From Paragordius varius (Eukaryota; Animalia; Nematomorpha): a stretch of 64,000 bases of DNA. Position 1 is the stretch's first letter. Each line of letters opens with the position of its first letter. The DNA lies in contig OZ176060.1 of NCBI GenBank assembly GCA_964247055.1, positions 1,364,001-1,428,000 of the forward strand, given 5' to 3'. This document shows positions 12,900 through 23,603 of this stretch, in pieces. Made by a program: the position numbers and the translations under genes. The notes beneath the pieces were generated by a model that was not told where the DNA came from, ran no database searches, and was given only the letters and a program-made list of their open reading frames with translations.

Positions 12900-13470
12900 T
12901 CAAAGATCTAGAATGTCTACCTCCTTAAAGCATACCATTTATGTAGGTATTTATTTACGCCTTATAATCGGAATGTGACATTTTATAACATAATAGGATA
13001 TATTAATGCGTTTATTAGTCGGATTTTTGTTTTTATATTATATCATGAGATTTCCATATTTTGTAATGCTAGGCATAGCGCATTTGGCGATAGTGCATCT
13101 TTTTGTCATGTTAACTGGAACTTGATTTGTTACTAATGCTTTTAAGGTGTGTGTATTCCCACTTGAATTGTTTCGTTATAAATCCGAAGCGAGTCATAGG
13201 AATAAGGGGAGTTGATGTGTAATAGGTTTTGTTGAAGTTCATTGTTAGATTTTTATATTTATAAATAATCGAAGACTGTTTTCAATTGTTTGAGAATTGG
13301 TTAAGATTACCGTGTCGTCGGCATAGTAGAGAGTCAGGGTCGCCCCTCACTTTTATTCTTGGTAGAATATATGTTTATCATGCATTCTAAATAAATGTTG
13401 AACAACATGGGGATAAAATGCAGCCTTGACGTAAATCTATGTTCATTGGGCTCCAGGAGGTCTGGCATGT
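12900..13470 (-). mobile_element. LINE (RTE-like) RT fragment
   Basis: RQGCILSP...FNIY, LYYADDTVIL and KRCTIAKCAMPSITKIWKSHDI...KTKIRLINALIYP motifs, frameshifted. Confidence 0.8.
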
Positions 13471-14470
13471 GGGGTGCTAAATGATAATGAATTGGTGTAT
13501 ATGGATTTGATTAGTTTTATCAATGATTGGAAACTCCTATTTGTTAAAGGAGCTTGCAGAGAATGTCGTGTTAAACAGTCAAAGGCTTTACAAAAAATCA
13601 TGAAGCATAATGCAGCTCATAGAATTCAGTTTTTTTCCATAATACATATAAAACATAATGACAGTTGCAAAAATTTCTCCTTCCTAAAATAGATGCCCAA
13701 ACATTCATTAAAACCTAATTAATTCACATCATTAGTTTTTTGTTAAAAATTTTATATATCAATAAAAAATTATATCAAAATATGCACAACCCATATACAA
13801 TTTTACCAGTTCAATCATAAGATATGCAGAAGGGACATATTGAAGGATACAAATCAATGTTATTACAATAGCGTTAAAAGATTGTTAGTGCAAAATAGAA
13901 TAAAAACACTTTTTTAAAAAAAACATGGGGATATCATGATAGTGTATACAAAATTAGGGGACAATCTTGGTATATGTAAAATGTGCGCATTTGGTTCTTT
14001 AAATTGCGATAGAAAAATGAAAAAATAATAGTGAGACATAAAATCCCAGATTTCTGATAAAAAATATGGAATTTTCATTTCATGGTACTAATTAGGTAAA
14101 TAACAGAAGCCTATAGTTAACAATAGAGTATAATACGATAAAATAGAGATGTATGTTAATGTATGACTAAAAAATACTTAATTTTTTATAAATATATGCT
14201 AAGGTAAAAAATCAAATATTTGCGCAGTATTGGAAAAAAATTTTATAACTATTACAATACTATATTGTTACAAGTTTTAAATTTTTATTGAAAATTTGGT
14301 TTTCTATTTCATTTGGTAATAACTGGAGCCATATCATTATTTAAAATTGGTTATAAATAAAGATACGAAAATATATTAATTAATTATACATTATAATTGC
14401 TGATAGTTACATAATATTTTATAGATACAATATTTTTTATTAAATACAAACCATAACATTAAAATTAAAA

Positions 14471-14965
14471 TCTATATATTTATAAAAATGGAAAATAGGA
14501 AAAACGGTAGACCCAATCAAATCCAAACTTCAAAAAAATATAATCATTAATGAATGCCCCGACAATAGCTTCGCCCTTTTTTTGAAATAGGCCCCCAGTT
14601 CGGGCCCACCCCGTGTGAAAAACGGTTTTTTTTTGAAAACAGAAGTCCACAAAAATCGTGTCTTTGAGACAATTTTCTGGAGAACATGTTGGACCATTCA
14701 ATTTCAAATATAATTTTTGTTTACTTATTTTCGATTGCGCCGAACATAGTCGAGTCACTTTTTTGATTTAGGCCCTCTTTTTACCCCCTACCCCCGTAAA
14801 ATGCCATTTTTTTCAAAAAAAAACAAAGTCCACAAAAATATTTTTTTGATTGTATTTTTTTGCCCACGGTATGAGACTGTAAAAATTCAATTAAGATTCC
14901 ACGTATTCCCTGTTAAAAGGCAAAAATTTTAGTCAAGCGTTTCTTTGATAGATGCTGAGTAAGGA
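14471..14965 (+). mobile_element. Non-autonomous Helitron copy 1 (5' part, lacks own 3' end)
   Basis: A|TCTATATATTTATAAAAATGGAAAAT 5' end; colinear with copy at 53402. Confidence 0.8.
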
Positions 14966-15027
14966 GTATCTATCAGATGTATAGCATGTTAAAAGATATA
15001 TGGATATTAATACATTATTTATGGTAA

Positions 15028-15171
15028 TCTATATATTTATAAAAATGGAAAATGCTGGCTTTGTGATATGGTACCGGAAAACCGGTAGACCTAATAAAAT
15101 CCAAACTTCGAACCCCCCCAGAAGTCCGAAGGACTTCCTCGGGCTGCGTAGCAGCACGAGATTTACGCTAG
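15028..15171 (+). mobile_element. Non-autonomous Helitron copy 2 (144-bp minimal element)
   Basis: A|TC start, hairpin CTCGGGCTGCGTAGCAGCACGAG, ends CTAG|T, no TSD. Confidence 0.85.
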
Positions 15172-17130
15172 TATATTTATATAACTTAAATATTTTTTTA
15201 GTCATACATTAACATACATCTCTATTTTATCGTATTATACTCTATTGTTAACTATAGGCTTCTGTTATTTACCTAATTAGTACCATGAAATGAAAATTCC
15301 ATATTTTTTATCAGAAATCTGGGATTTTATGTCTCACTATTATTTTTTCATTTTTCTATCGTAATTTAAAGAACCAAATGCGCACATTTTACATATACCA
15401 AGATTGTCCCCTAATTTTGTATACACTATCATAATATCTTTTTATTCTATTTTGCACAACAATCTCTTACTCCATACGCTACTCTATTTCTCTCATAAAA
15501 TAAATGTACCTAAAAGGAACATAATAATATATATGCTCATTTAATCAATGTGATACCACCGATGCAACTTTTAAACAAAACAAAAATCATCCATATTTAA
15601 AAAATACATAGTATTATATAAATATTTACTATATAATCAATCTAATGATTTATTTTTTTTAAGTTAAATTTATTAACTGGTTGAGTATATCATTCAGTCT
15701 TATAAGCATTTTTCCAATCGTTCGAATCAATTATTCAATCATTTACTAATTAAAAATCGGTTTCTTTTTAATGATTATCAAAACAAGATATAAAAATAAC
15801 CTTCTATGAGATTATCAATGCGATATAATATAAAAACACTATTATTATAATAATTTCTTCTATTTTATCCAATACACATATAGTTATTAACTGGAAATTT
15901 ATGGCTATGATATTTTATAAAAAAAATTTTTAAGATTTTTTTTAGATTTTTATATTAACAATTGAAATTCATTCATTAATATTTGGCTAATTTGGGATGC
16001 ATAATTTTAAAAATATATCGTATTCTTATCTATTTGGTCATTTTACACTTCATACTAATTAATTATATCAAGTTTATCGATAAAAAAGGTGGGATAATTT
16101 TAAACAAAAAAATATTTTTCAGATGAAAATGTCAAAAATATATTTGACCAAATGATAAATACACTATATAAATTATGGTGCGCAAGTTTAGTTTAAAAGC
16201 TAATTCGAAATGTAAATCCAATTGGAATGGTATTTTTGATTTTATAATATTAAGCAAAACTATAGATAACTCCAAATATTAATGCCAACCATTGACCTCA
16301 ATTATAAAAAATATAAATATTTTGATATAATATCACTAAGAAATATATATCCACTTAATAAAATATTTTTAAAGAATAAGTCATTATTGGCATATAATTA
16401 AAAAAAATAGTCATTCCATAATTGGGTTCTATAAAATAATATCCAATTGATAAACGCATAGTATAAAATTATTTATGTATCTTGATTTGATATTCATCAT
16501 CAAAAATAAAACCGTTTTTATTAAGTTTTGATTGACAGGGAATTTCGCGTAATCCCCGCATTTCGCGTTCATTTAAAAAATAAAGCAAATCTTGCAATTT
16601 TTTGATATGAATCACTTACCACCGTGCAAATATTCTTAAAATACTCGTAACGGCCAGAACCCAAAAGCACCATGATAATCATGATACATTTTCTATCAGA
16701 ATAAATTTCATCAGTACATTGTTTGTGTGTAATAGTTTAAAGATATTAGGTGAAAAATAAATGTGACAATGGATAAATAAAATCATTAAATTATGGGCGA
16801 AATCAAAATGTTTGAGGACAAATTTTTCATAAAACAAAATATAGTTTTCAACTTAGAAAAATCATTTATATCACAGAGGATTCAGGCAAAAATTAATTAT
16901 TAATTGATCATTGATACTAAAATCAGATATTAAAACAGAAAAAATCCAATCATTTTGCTGTTTTCCGCATTCTACTTTAATCTAACGTTTACATTAAATC
17001 TAATAAAATAATATATTTAAATAATAGATGTTGTTTTTTTATAATTATTATTTGTTAGGCTATTATAAAAATTTATGGTAGAAAAAATATACAGTAAAAT
17101 ATGTAATTATCCGTACGAATTTTTTAACTA

Positions 17131-17300
17131 ACGGACATAATTTTTTTATAAGAGACAGAGTGTTAAAATCAAAAGATTATAATTTTTAATTGGCGGACAA
17201 ATTTTTTTTTATACGGACAAATTTTTTTTTAACGGACAAATTTTTTTTTATACGGACAAATTTTCGATTATACGGACAAATTTTTTTTTATACGGACATA
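17131..17300 (+). repeat. Subterminal array of ~20-bp ACGGACAAATTTTTTTTTAT units (mirror 25269-25438)
   Basis: ACGGACA/GCGGACA core at ~17131, 17193, 17213, 17232, 17252, 17272, 17292. Confidence 0.9.
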
Positions 17301-18914
17301 AATCCGAAATATAATAGGGTAAGAGGAGCTCTTATCTATAACACTAGACAACATTTCTGCCACTCGAGTTTTTTGCATTTTTTGATATTTAGTATCTTTT
17401 TAACAGTCTAAAATAAAAATTATAACTCCTTCTAAGAATTTTTAATTTTTTAATAGTTTTGATTATGCGCCCTCTTTATCAAAATTTTACTAAAAAATGT
17501 TTTTATATGAAAATATACAAGTAATGCCCATTTGTAATATAAAAAAGTAATAAAAACTTAAAATGTATACTAAAATGTATTACATCGACAGTTATTATTG
17601 GACACAGATAGCTACAAACGCGCGAAGCGACATTTTTTTAATTAATATATCTTTATAACTAATGGATGAAAATAGCTCAAACTTTGTTTAGTTGGTGATG
17701 AATTTCCAAAAAAGATAACACAAGAAAGTTTTTTTGTGTGAAATATTTTATTTATTCTTTTATGTCACTCAAAACAGCCATTTTGTTTTTTAAAAATTAC
17801 CATCTCATCAATAATAATTTAGGCTGATTATTTCGAAATTTTAAAGATTAAACCAACGTTTAAGGTAATATTTATCTTTTCTAGCCATTATGTAATAATA
17901 GAGTAACTATGCATTTTAGTATCCACTAGGTAAAATATTTATGATAAAAATAATAAGCAAACCAAAAGCTTTTTCAAACATTTTTTTAAATTAAATACTA
18001 ATATGACCCTAATAATTATATTATAATAATTTATATGATTTTTAGATTAGTTTGTCTGTGAAAATTCTAGACTTATTTAAGGATTGGAAATTTCGACCAT
18101 TTAAATCCAAATAACTTTTATATCCGATTGATATAAATAAATTACCATTATTAAGATGCAGTGTTTTGCGCTCTTTCGAATGATATAAAATACATGGCTT
18201 CATATCTAAAACTTTTAATTTTCGAAATTTCGAGTTTAATGTTAAATTGGAGCTAAAAATTATCGATAAACTTAATATTAAAAAAATCTTGAATGCTAGA
18301 CCAATTCTCTTTTCAGATATACTAATTATGTACATTTACAAGAATGGCAGTTAAATAAAGTTAAATTTTGTTTTCTAGTGTAATATTGATAAATAATAAC
18401 TCTTTGAATTCTAGTCGGCTAAATGTTTACTTTGTATTTTATAAGAGGCTTTAAAATTATAACATAGCATTTGATATTCACCGAATTAAGAATAAACCAT
18501 TTTTGATTTAATATTATTTATTTATTATTAAATGAATAGGATTTATAAAATCTCACATTTAACTAAGGCAAAATATTATTTCATTTGCATTATTAACACC
18601 AATCATACTGTCATCTATTTGTAAAATATAAAAAAAACCTTATCATAACTATATTCATTTCAAAGAAACTTTTTCACTACTGAAAAATAATAATAATCCA
18701 ATTTTTCATTTTATTAATCTTATTTTAACAATGTTTCCAATCTTATAATAAGGTTTAATCGAAAACAATAGTATAATGGGCTACTACACTGTCTGTATTT
18801 TTAGATTATGTATCATATCAACTCTCTTTATTATATTGTTAAATGGGACACCTTTCAATTAACGACAAGATGGGACTCTTCTTAATATTAAAACATCTAC
18901 CGTATAAGCTCAAT

Positions 18915-18945
18915 AAGCAGACGATTAAATATTAATCGTCTGCTT
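18915..18945. repeat. Perfect 14-bp stem / 3-nt loop hairpin (mirror 23624-23654)
   Basis: AAGCAGACGATTAA-ATA-TTAATCGTCTGCTT. Confidence 0.85.
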
Positions 18946-18965
18946 TTGGTATCAAATATAACTGC

Positions 18966-19276
18966 AATATGATGTAATAGAGTCAATAATTTATTAAAAT
19001 AATATTTATATGAAAATAACATCAATATAAATAAATAGTAAAAAAATAAATAATGGTGAAAAAAATAAAAACACTAATAAATGCCTTAAAAAATTTTTAT
19101 GTCAGAAAACAGTTACTGATTAACCATATGGATCGCAATAAATTAGAACGGGAACAAGTTTTACAGTTTTTGCACAGTAATGAAGAGATTTCCAACTATT
19201 AAATATATGCCTGCGGTTGAAATATAAAATATTTGAAGATGATTTATGAAATAATATTTTAATCATCCCATACATT
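18966..19276 (+). pseudogene. Decayed partial copy of the element's own transposase, tail-to-tail with the intact gene
   Basis: By-eye alignment to CDS ~22418-22848: AATATGATG, AAATGCCTTAAAAAA, CGCAATAAATTAGAA, perfect 22-mer AAGTTTTACAGTTTTTGCACAG, AAATATAAAATATTTG, CCCATACA; the segment encoding YIDETG is deleted. Confidence 0.75.
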
Positions 19277-19321
19277 ATAAATAATGTCTATACACCGTAT
19301 TATCTAAATAATAAAATGATA

Positions 19322-20263
19322 TTAGCTATGAAAAAATAGATCCAATTTAAATGATTCACAACAAAAATCATATGAATTTTCAGGTAATAAATTTAATTTT
19401 TTTAAACAAACATTATTTAGTATTTTATCTACATGTTCATAATATTTACTTAAATCCTTATTATAAAATATTTTAGAAACTTCTTTTATATTTTTATCCA
19501 TATTTAAATCTTTCTTATTAAGAGCTCGTAATTTGTGTTTAAATTCATGGAAAATACACTCAATAGGATTTAATTGAGGTGAATATGGTGGTAAAAAAAT
19601 TAAGTTTTCGAATTCTTTATTTCGAGAATAACGATGAATAGGGGCATTATCCAAAATTATATAGGATGTTGAAGGTATTATTTTAAAACATTCCTGTAAA
19701 AAATGATATATATCATCCCCATTGTATGGGTCAGATTTATATTCATATTTTATCATTCCATTTATTCCAATCATAGCCAAATAGTTTATATTTTTACCTC
19801 TTGGCTTACGTTTAATCGTAGGAAATTCTCCCTTTTTACACCAACAATATAAATAAAGACTGTAATCATTGATTCCAGTCTCATCTATATAATATATGTC
19901 GCTGTGCAAAAACTGTAAAACTTCCCACGCATAAGTATACCTATGCTCTATTATTTCTATTTTATTGCGATTTATAGGCTCAATCTGAGCCTGTTTTCTT
20001 ACAAAAGAATTTTTTTTTAAGCATTTATATAATGTAGTTTTTGATATTTTTAATGAATAGGGAATAGAATCTAAAATTTCATCAATTGTGATATTATTAT
20101 TTTCATTTAAAATATTTTCTATGGCTTCCTTTAATTTACAATCATCATATTTTGGCTTGCGGCCACTTTTTTTAGGTGGGATGTGAAGGCCGACGTTCAA
20201 TCGCCTGCGATATTTATAAATTGTTGATCTGGACATTTTTAAAATGTTCATATTGTCCGTCAT
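19322..20263 (-). CDS. IS630/Tc1/mariner DDE transposase, intact, 313 aa (left arm)
   Basis: HTH-like SRSTIYKY and SKTTLYK, GRKPK linker, YIDETG (D127), ILDNAPIH (D205), LPPYSPQLNPIE (E235). Confidence 0.95.
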   Translation of the reverse strand: MTDNMNILKMSRSTIYKYRRRLNVGLHIPPKKSGRKPKYDDCKLKEAIENILNENNNITIDEILDSIPYSLKISKTTLYKCLKKNSFVRKQAQIEPINRNKIEIIEHRYTYAWEVLQFLHSDIYYIDETGINDYSLYLYCWCKKGEFPTIKRKPRGKNINYLAMIGINGMIKYEYKSDPYNGDDIYHFLQECFKIIPSTSYIILDNAPIHRYSRNKEFENLIFLPPYSPQLNPIECIFHEFKHKLRALNKKDLNMDKNIKEVSKIFYNKDLSKYYEHVDKILNNVCLKKLNLLPENSYDFCCESFKLDLFFHS

Positions 20264-20655
20264 AGTATTATTCGAAGTGGACGGATTACTGAAAAGGCTC
20301 TTAGCAATTTCATTCTTTTCATTTGTCCAACTTCCTCTGCCTTAACCAAATATTCACAAAGAATTTATTATTTTAGATAGTTGAATAAACAATTCTTATA
20401 TTTAACAGGTAATTAATTATATTATTTTATTAAATTTTTTAAATAAAAGTTATTGATTCAATCGGAATAATGTAACTAGAATACCTTTAATAAAATAAGG
20501 TGGAAGAATCAATTTACTTATGTAACTATATTAAAATTTGCAAGATTTTCATAATATGTTAAATATAATATCTAAACTATTCCCATTCGAAAAATTATTT
20601 TAAATAACGTCGATCTCAAACCTTGATATAAGTTTTAAATATATATGCAAAAATA

Positions 20656-20909
20656 TTAAAGGAAATTATGTCGCATAAAAACACAAAAAGATACTAGAGC
20701 TAGCACAATGGTATTATGGAATATAATATAATTTGAAATGTATATACGTTTTCTTTGACGAATCGTATCATCTCGGTTGTTTTCTGAACATATAGATGTA
20801 GATGGCGATGACGGTGAGAATGATGGTGAGCGTATAATTGAACGCTTTTCTGTACAATCATCATAGAAATCTAAAGGTGAAATTAAATTTTACCATAGGT
20901 GTGATCCAT
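20656..20909 (-). CDS. Candidate 76-aa spliced micro-gene (left-arm copy)
   Basis: Mirror of 21660-21913. Confidence 0.45.
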
Positions 20910-21659
20910 TAATAATAGGCCGAATAAAGAGTATTAAATATAGATATTGTTAAAGTATATTAAAAGTGATTAAATTAAGATGAAAAGACTATGGGTACAC
21001 GTAAAAAAATAATAATTAGTTAATAAAATATTATAAATTAAAATTGATTAAATATAAGATGAAAAGATTATGGGTACAAAAAAGAACAAAATAATTAATT
21101 AATAAAAGTAAAAAAATTCGAAATTTGATATGTGTACTAGGTTTTTTTGACAGGGGGGTTCATTAAAATGAACTCATATTTGGTACCTAATTCCATTTTT
21201 ATATTTGACTTATGATACTACACTAGTTTATAATATAAAATAAATTTGGCCGTATTAAAATATTTAATTATGGTTGTAAGATATAAAAATATGTAAATTT
21301 AACTATATGATGTTTTAATCAATACGCAACTATCACCAAACGGGAGCAAAAAATAAAGTAAATTGACTACCAATAATATGCATACGTTAAATATATGTAT
21401 AAATCTGTTGCTCGCCTGTCAAAAAAACCTAGTACACATATCAAATTTCGAATTTTTTTACTTTTATTAATTAATTATTTTGTTCTTTTTTGTACCCATA
21501 ATCTTTTCATCTTATATTTAATCAATTTTAATTTATAATATTTTATTAACTAATTATTATTTTTTTACGTGTACCCATAGTCTTTTCATCTTAATTTAAT
21601 CACTTTTAATATACTTTAACAATATCTATATTTAATACTCTTTATTCGGCCTATTATTA

Positions 21660-21913
21660 ATGGATCACACCTATGGTAAAATTTAATTTCACCTTTAGAT
21701 TTCTATGATGATTGTACAGAAAAGCGTTCAATTATACGCTCACCATCATTCTCACCGTCATCGCCATCTACATCTATATGTTCAGAAAACAACCGAGATG
21801 ATACGATTCGTCAAAGAAAACGTATATACATTTCAAATTATATTATATTCCATAATACCATTGTGCTAGCTCTAGTATCTTTTTGTGTTTTTATGCGACA
21901 TAATTTCCTTTAA
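21660..21913 (+). CDS. Candidate 76-aa spliced micro-gene upstream of the transposase (exons 21660-21675, 21699-21913)
   Basis: ATG GAT CAC ACC TAT G|GTAAAATTTAATTTCACCTTTAG|AT; the 23-nt intron matches host intron size. Product MDHTYDFYDDCTEKRSIIRSPSFSPSSPSTSICSENNRDDTIRQRKRIYISNYIIFHNTIVLALVSFCVFMRHNFL; locally raised GC. Confidence 0.45.
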
Positions 21914-22305
21914 TATTTTTGCATATATATTTAAAACTTATATCAAGGTTTGAGATCGACGTTATTTAAAATAATTTTTCGAATGGGAATAGTTTAGATA
22001 TTATATTTAACATATTATGAAAATCTTGCAAATTTTAATATAGTTACATAAGTAAATTGATTCTTCCACCTTATTTTATTAAAGGTATTCTAGTTACATT
22101 ATTCCGATTGAATCAATAACTTTTATTTAAAAAATTTAATAAAATAATATAATTAATTACCTGTTAAATATAAGAATTGTTTATTCAACTATCTAAAATA
22201 ATAAATTCTTTGTGAATATTTGGTTAAGGCAGAGGAAGTTGGACAAATGAAAAGAATGAAATTGCTAAGAGCCTTTTCAGTAATCCGTCCACTTCGAATA
22301 ATACT

Positions 22306-23247
22306 ATGACGGACAATATGAACATTTTAAAAATGTCCAGATCAACAATTTATAAATATCGCAGGCGATTGAACGTCGGCCTTCACATCCCACCTAAAAA
22401 AAGTGGCCGCAAGCCAAAATATGATGATTGTAAATTAAAGGAAGCCATAGAAAATATTTTAAATGAAAATAATAATATCACAATTGATGAAATTTTAGAT
22501 TCTATTCCCTATTCATTAAAAATATCAAAAACTACATTATATAAATGCTTAAAAAAAAATTCTTTTGTAAGAAAACAGGCTCAGATTGAGCCTATAAATC
22601 GCAATAAAATAGAAATAATAGAGCATAGGTATACTTATGCGTGGGAAGTTTTACAGTTTTTGCACAGCGACATATATTATATAGATGAGACTGGAATCAA
22701 TGATTACAGTCTTTATTTATATTGTTGGTGTAAAAAGGGAGAATTTCCTACGATTAAACGTAAGCCAAGAGGTAAAAATATAAACTATTTGGCTATGATT
22801 GGAATAAATGGAATGATAAAATATGAATATAAATCTGACCCATACAATGGGGATGATATATATCATTTTTTACAGGAATGTTTTAAAATAATACCTTCAA
22901 CATCCTATATAATTTTGGATAATGCCCCTATTCATCGTTATTCTCGAAATAAAGAATTCGAAAACTTAATTTTTTTACCACCATATTCACCTCAATTAAA
23001 TCCTATTGAGTGTATTTTCCATGAATTTAAACACAAATTACGAGCTCTTAATAAGAAAGATTTAAATATGGATAAAAATATAAAAGAAGTTTCTAAAATA
23101 TTTTATAATAAGGATTTAAGTAAATATTATGAACATGTAGATAAAATACTAAATAATGTTTGTTTAAAAAAATTAAATTTATTACCTGAAAATTCATATG
23201 ATTTTTGTTGTGAATCATTTAAATTGGATCTATTTTTTCATAGCTAA
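22306..23247 (+). CDS. IS630/Tc1/mariner DDE transposase, intact, 313 aa (right arm, identical to left)
   Basis: Same translation and motifs as 19322-20263; D127-D205-E235 triad. Confidence 0.95.
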   Translation: MTDNMNILKMSRSTIYKYRRRLNVGLHIPPKKSGRKPKYDDCKLKEAIENILNENNNITIDEILDSIPYSLKISKTTLYKCLKKNSFVRKQAQIEPINRNKIEIIEHRYTYAWEVLQFLHSDIYYIDETGINDYSLYLYCWCKKGEFPTIKRKPRGKNINYLAMIGINGMIKYEYKSDPYNGDDIYHFLQECFKIIPSTSYIILDNAPIHRYSRNKEFENLIFLPPYSPQLNPIECIFHEFKHKLRALNKKDLNMDKNIKEVSKIFYNKDLSKYYEHVDKILNNVCLKKLNLLPENSYDFCCESFKLDLFFHS

Positions 23248-23292
23248 TATCATTTTATTATTTAGATAATACGGTGTATAGACATTATTTAT

Positions 23293-23603
23293 AATGTATG
23301 GGATGATTAAAATATTATTTCATAAATCATCTTCAAATATTTTATATTTCAACCGCAGGCATATATTTAATAGTTGGAAATCTCTTCATTACTGTGCAAA
23401 AACTGTAAAACTTGTTCCCGTTCTAATTTATTGCGATCCATATGGTTAATCAGTAACTGTTTTCTGACATAAAAATTTTTTAAGGCATTTATTAGTGTTT
23501 TTATTTTTTTCACCATTATTTATTTTTTTACTATTTATTTATATTGATGTTATTTTCATATAAATATTATTTTAATAAATTATTGACTCTATTACATCAT
23601 ATT
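23293..23603 (-). pseudogene. Decayed antisense partial transposase copy (right arm)
   Basis: Mirror of 18966-19276; the perfect 22-nt complement of 22646-22667 lies at 23392-23413. Confidence 0.75.

Larger units (their letters stand above)
13866..15484. mobile_element. Long-TIR MITE/foldback of the CAGTAGCGTATG family (arms ~13866-14176 / ~15195-15484), containing two Helitron copies
   Basis: About 300-bp near-identical inverted arms; degenerate CAGT/ACTG termini (CAAT/ACTC) flanked by TA. Confidence 0.8.

Noticed and set aside
14480-14758. Recurrent similar ORFs at 14480, 32494, 39145, 39261, 48714, 48733, 53281, 53631, 60642 as a gene family
   Set aside because: They are alternative frames of the non-coding Helitron repeat; frames and strands are inconsistent between copies.
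16560-16720. Possible minus-strand exon ending at GTAAGT donor (~16619)
   Set aside because: Short frame, no recognisable domain, no convincing partner exons.
17131-17300. Regularly spaced ~20-bp repeats as a CRISPR array
   Set aside because: Units are contiguous with no unique spacers, there are no cas genes, and the context is eukaryotic; they are transposon subterminal repeats.
17190-17411. 73-aa ORF and mirror 25158-25379
   Set aside because: Translation of the subterminal repeat ladder (repeated TDKFFFIRTN); duplicated only because of the palindrome.
18042-18335. 97-aa ORF (mirror 24234-24527, relative 45129-45497) as a conserved passenger gene
   Set aside because: Similarity to the 45-kb copy is at DNA level with many non-synonymous changes, different starts and stops and no recognisable domain. 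Treated as non-coding repeat, although a dN/dS test was not possible.
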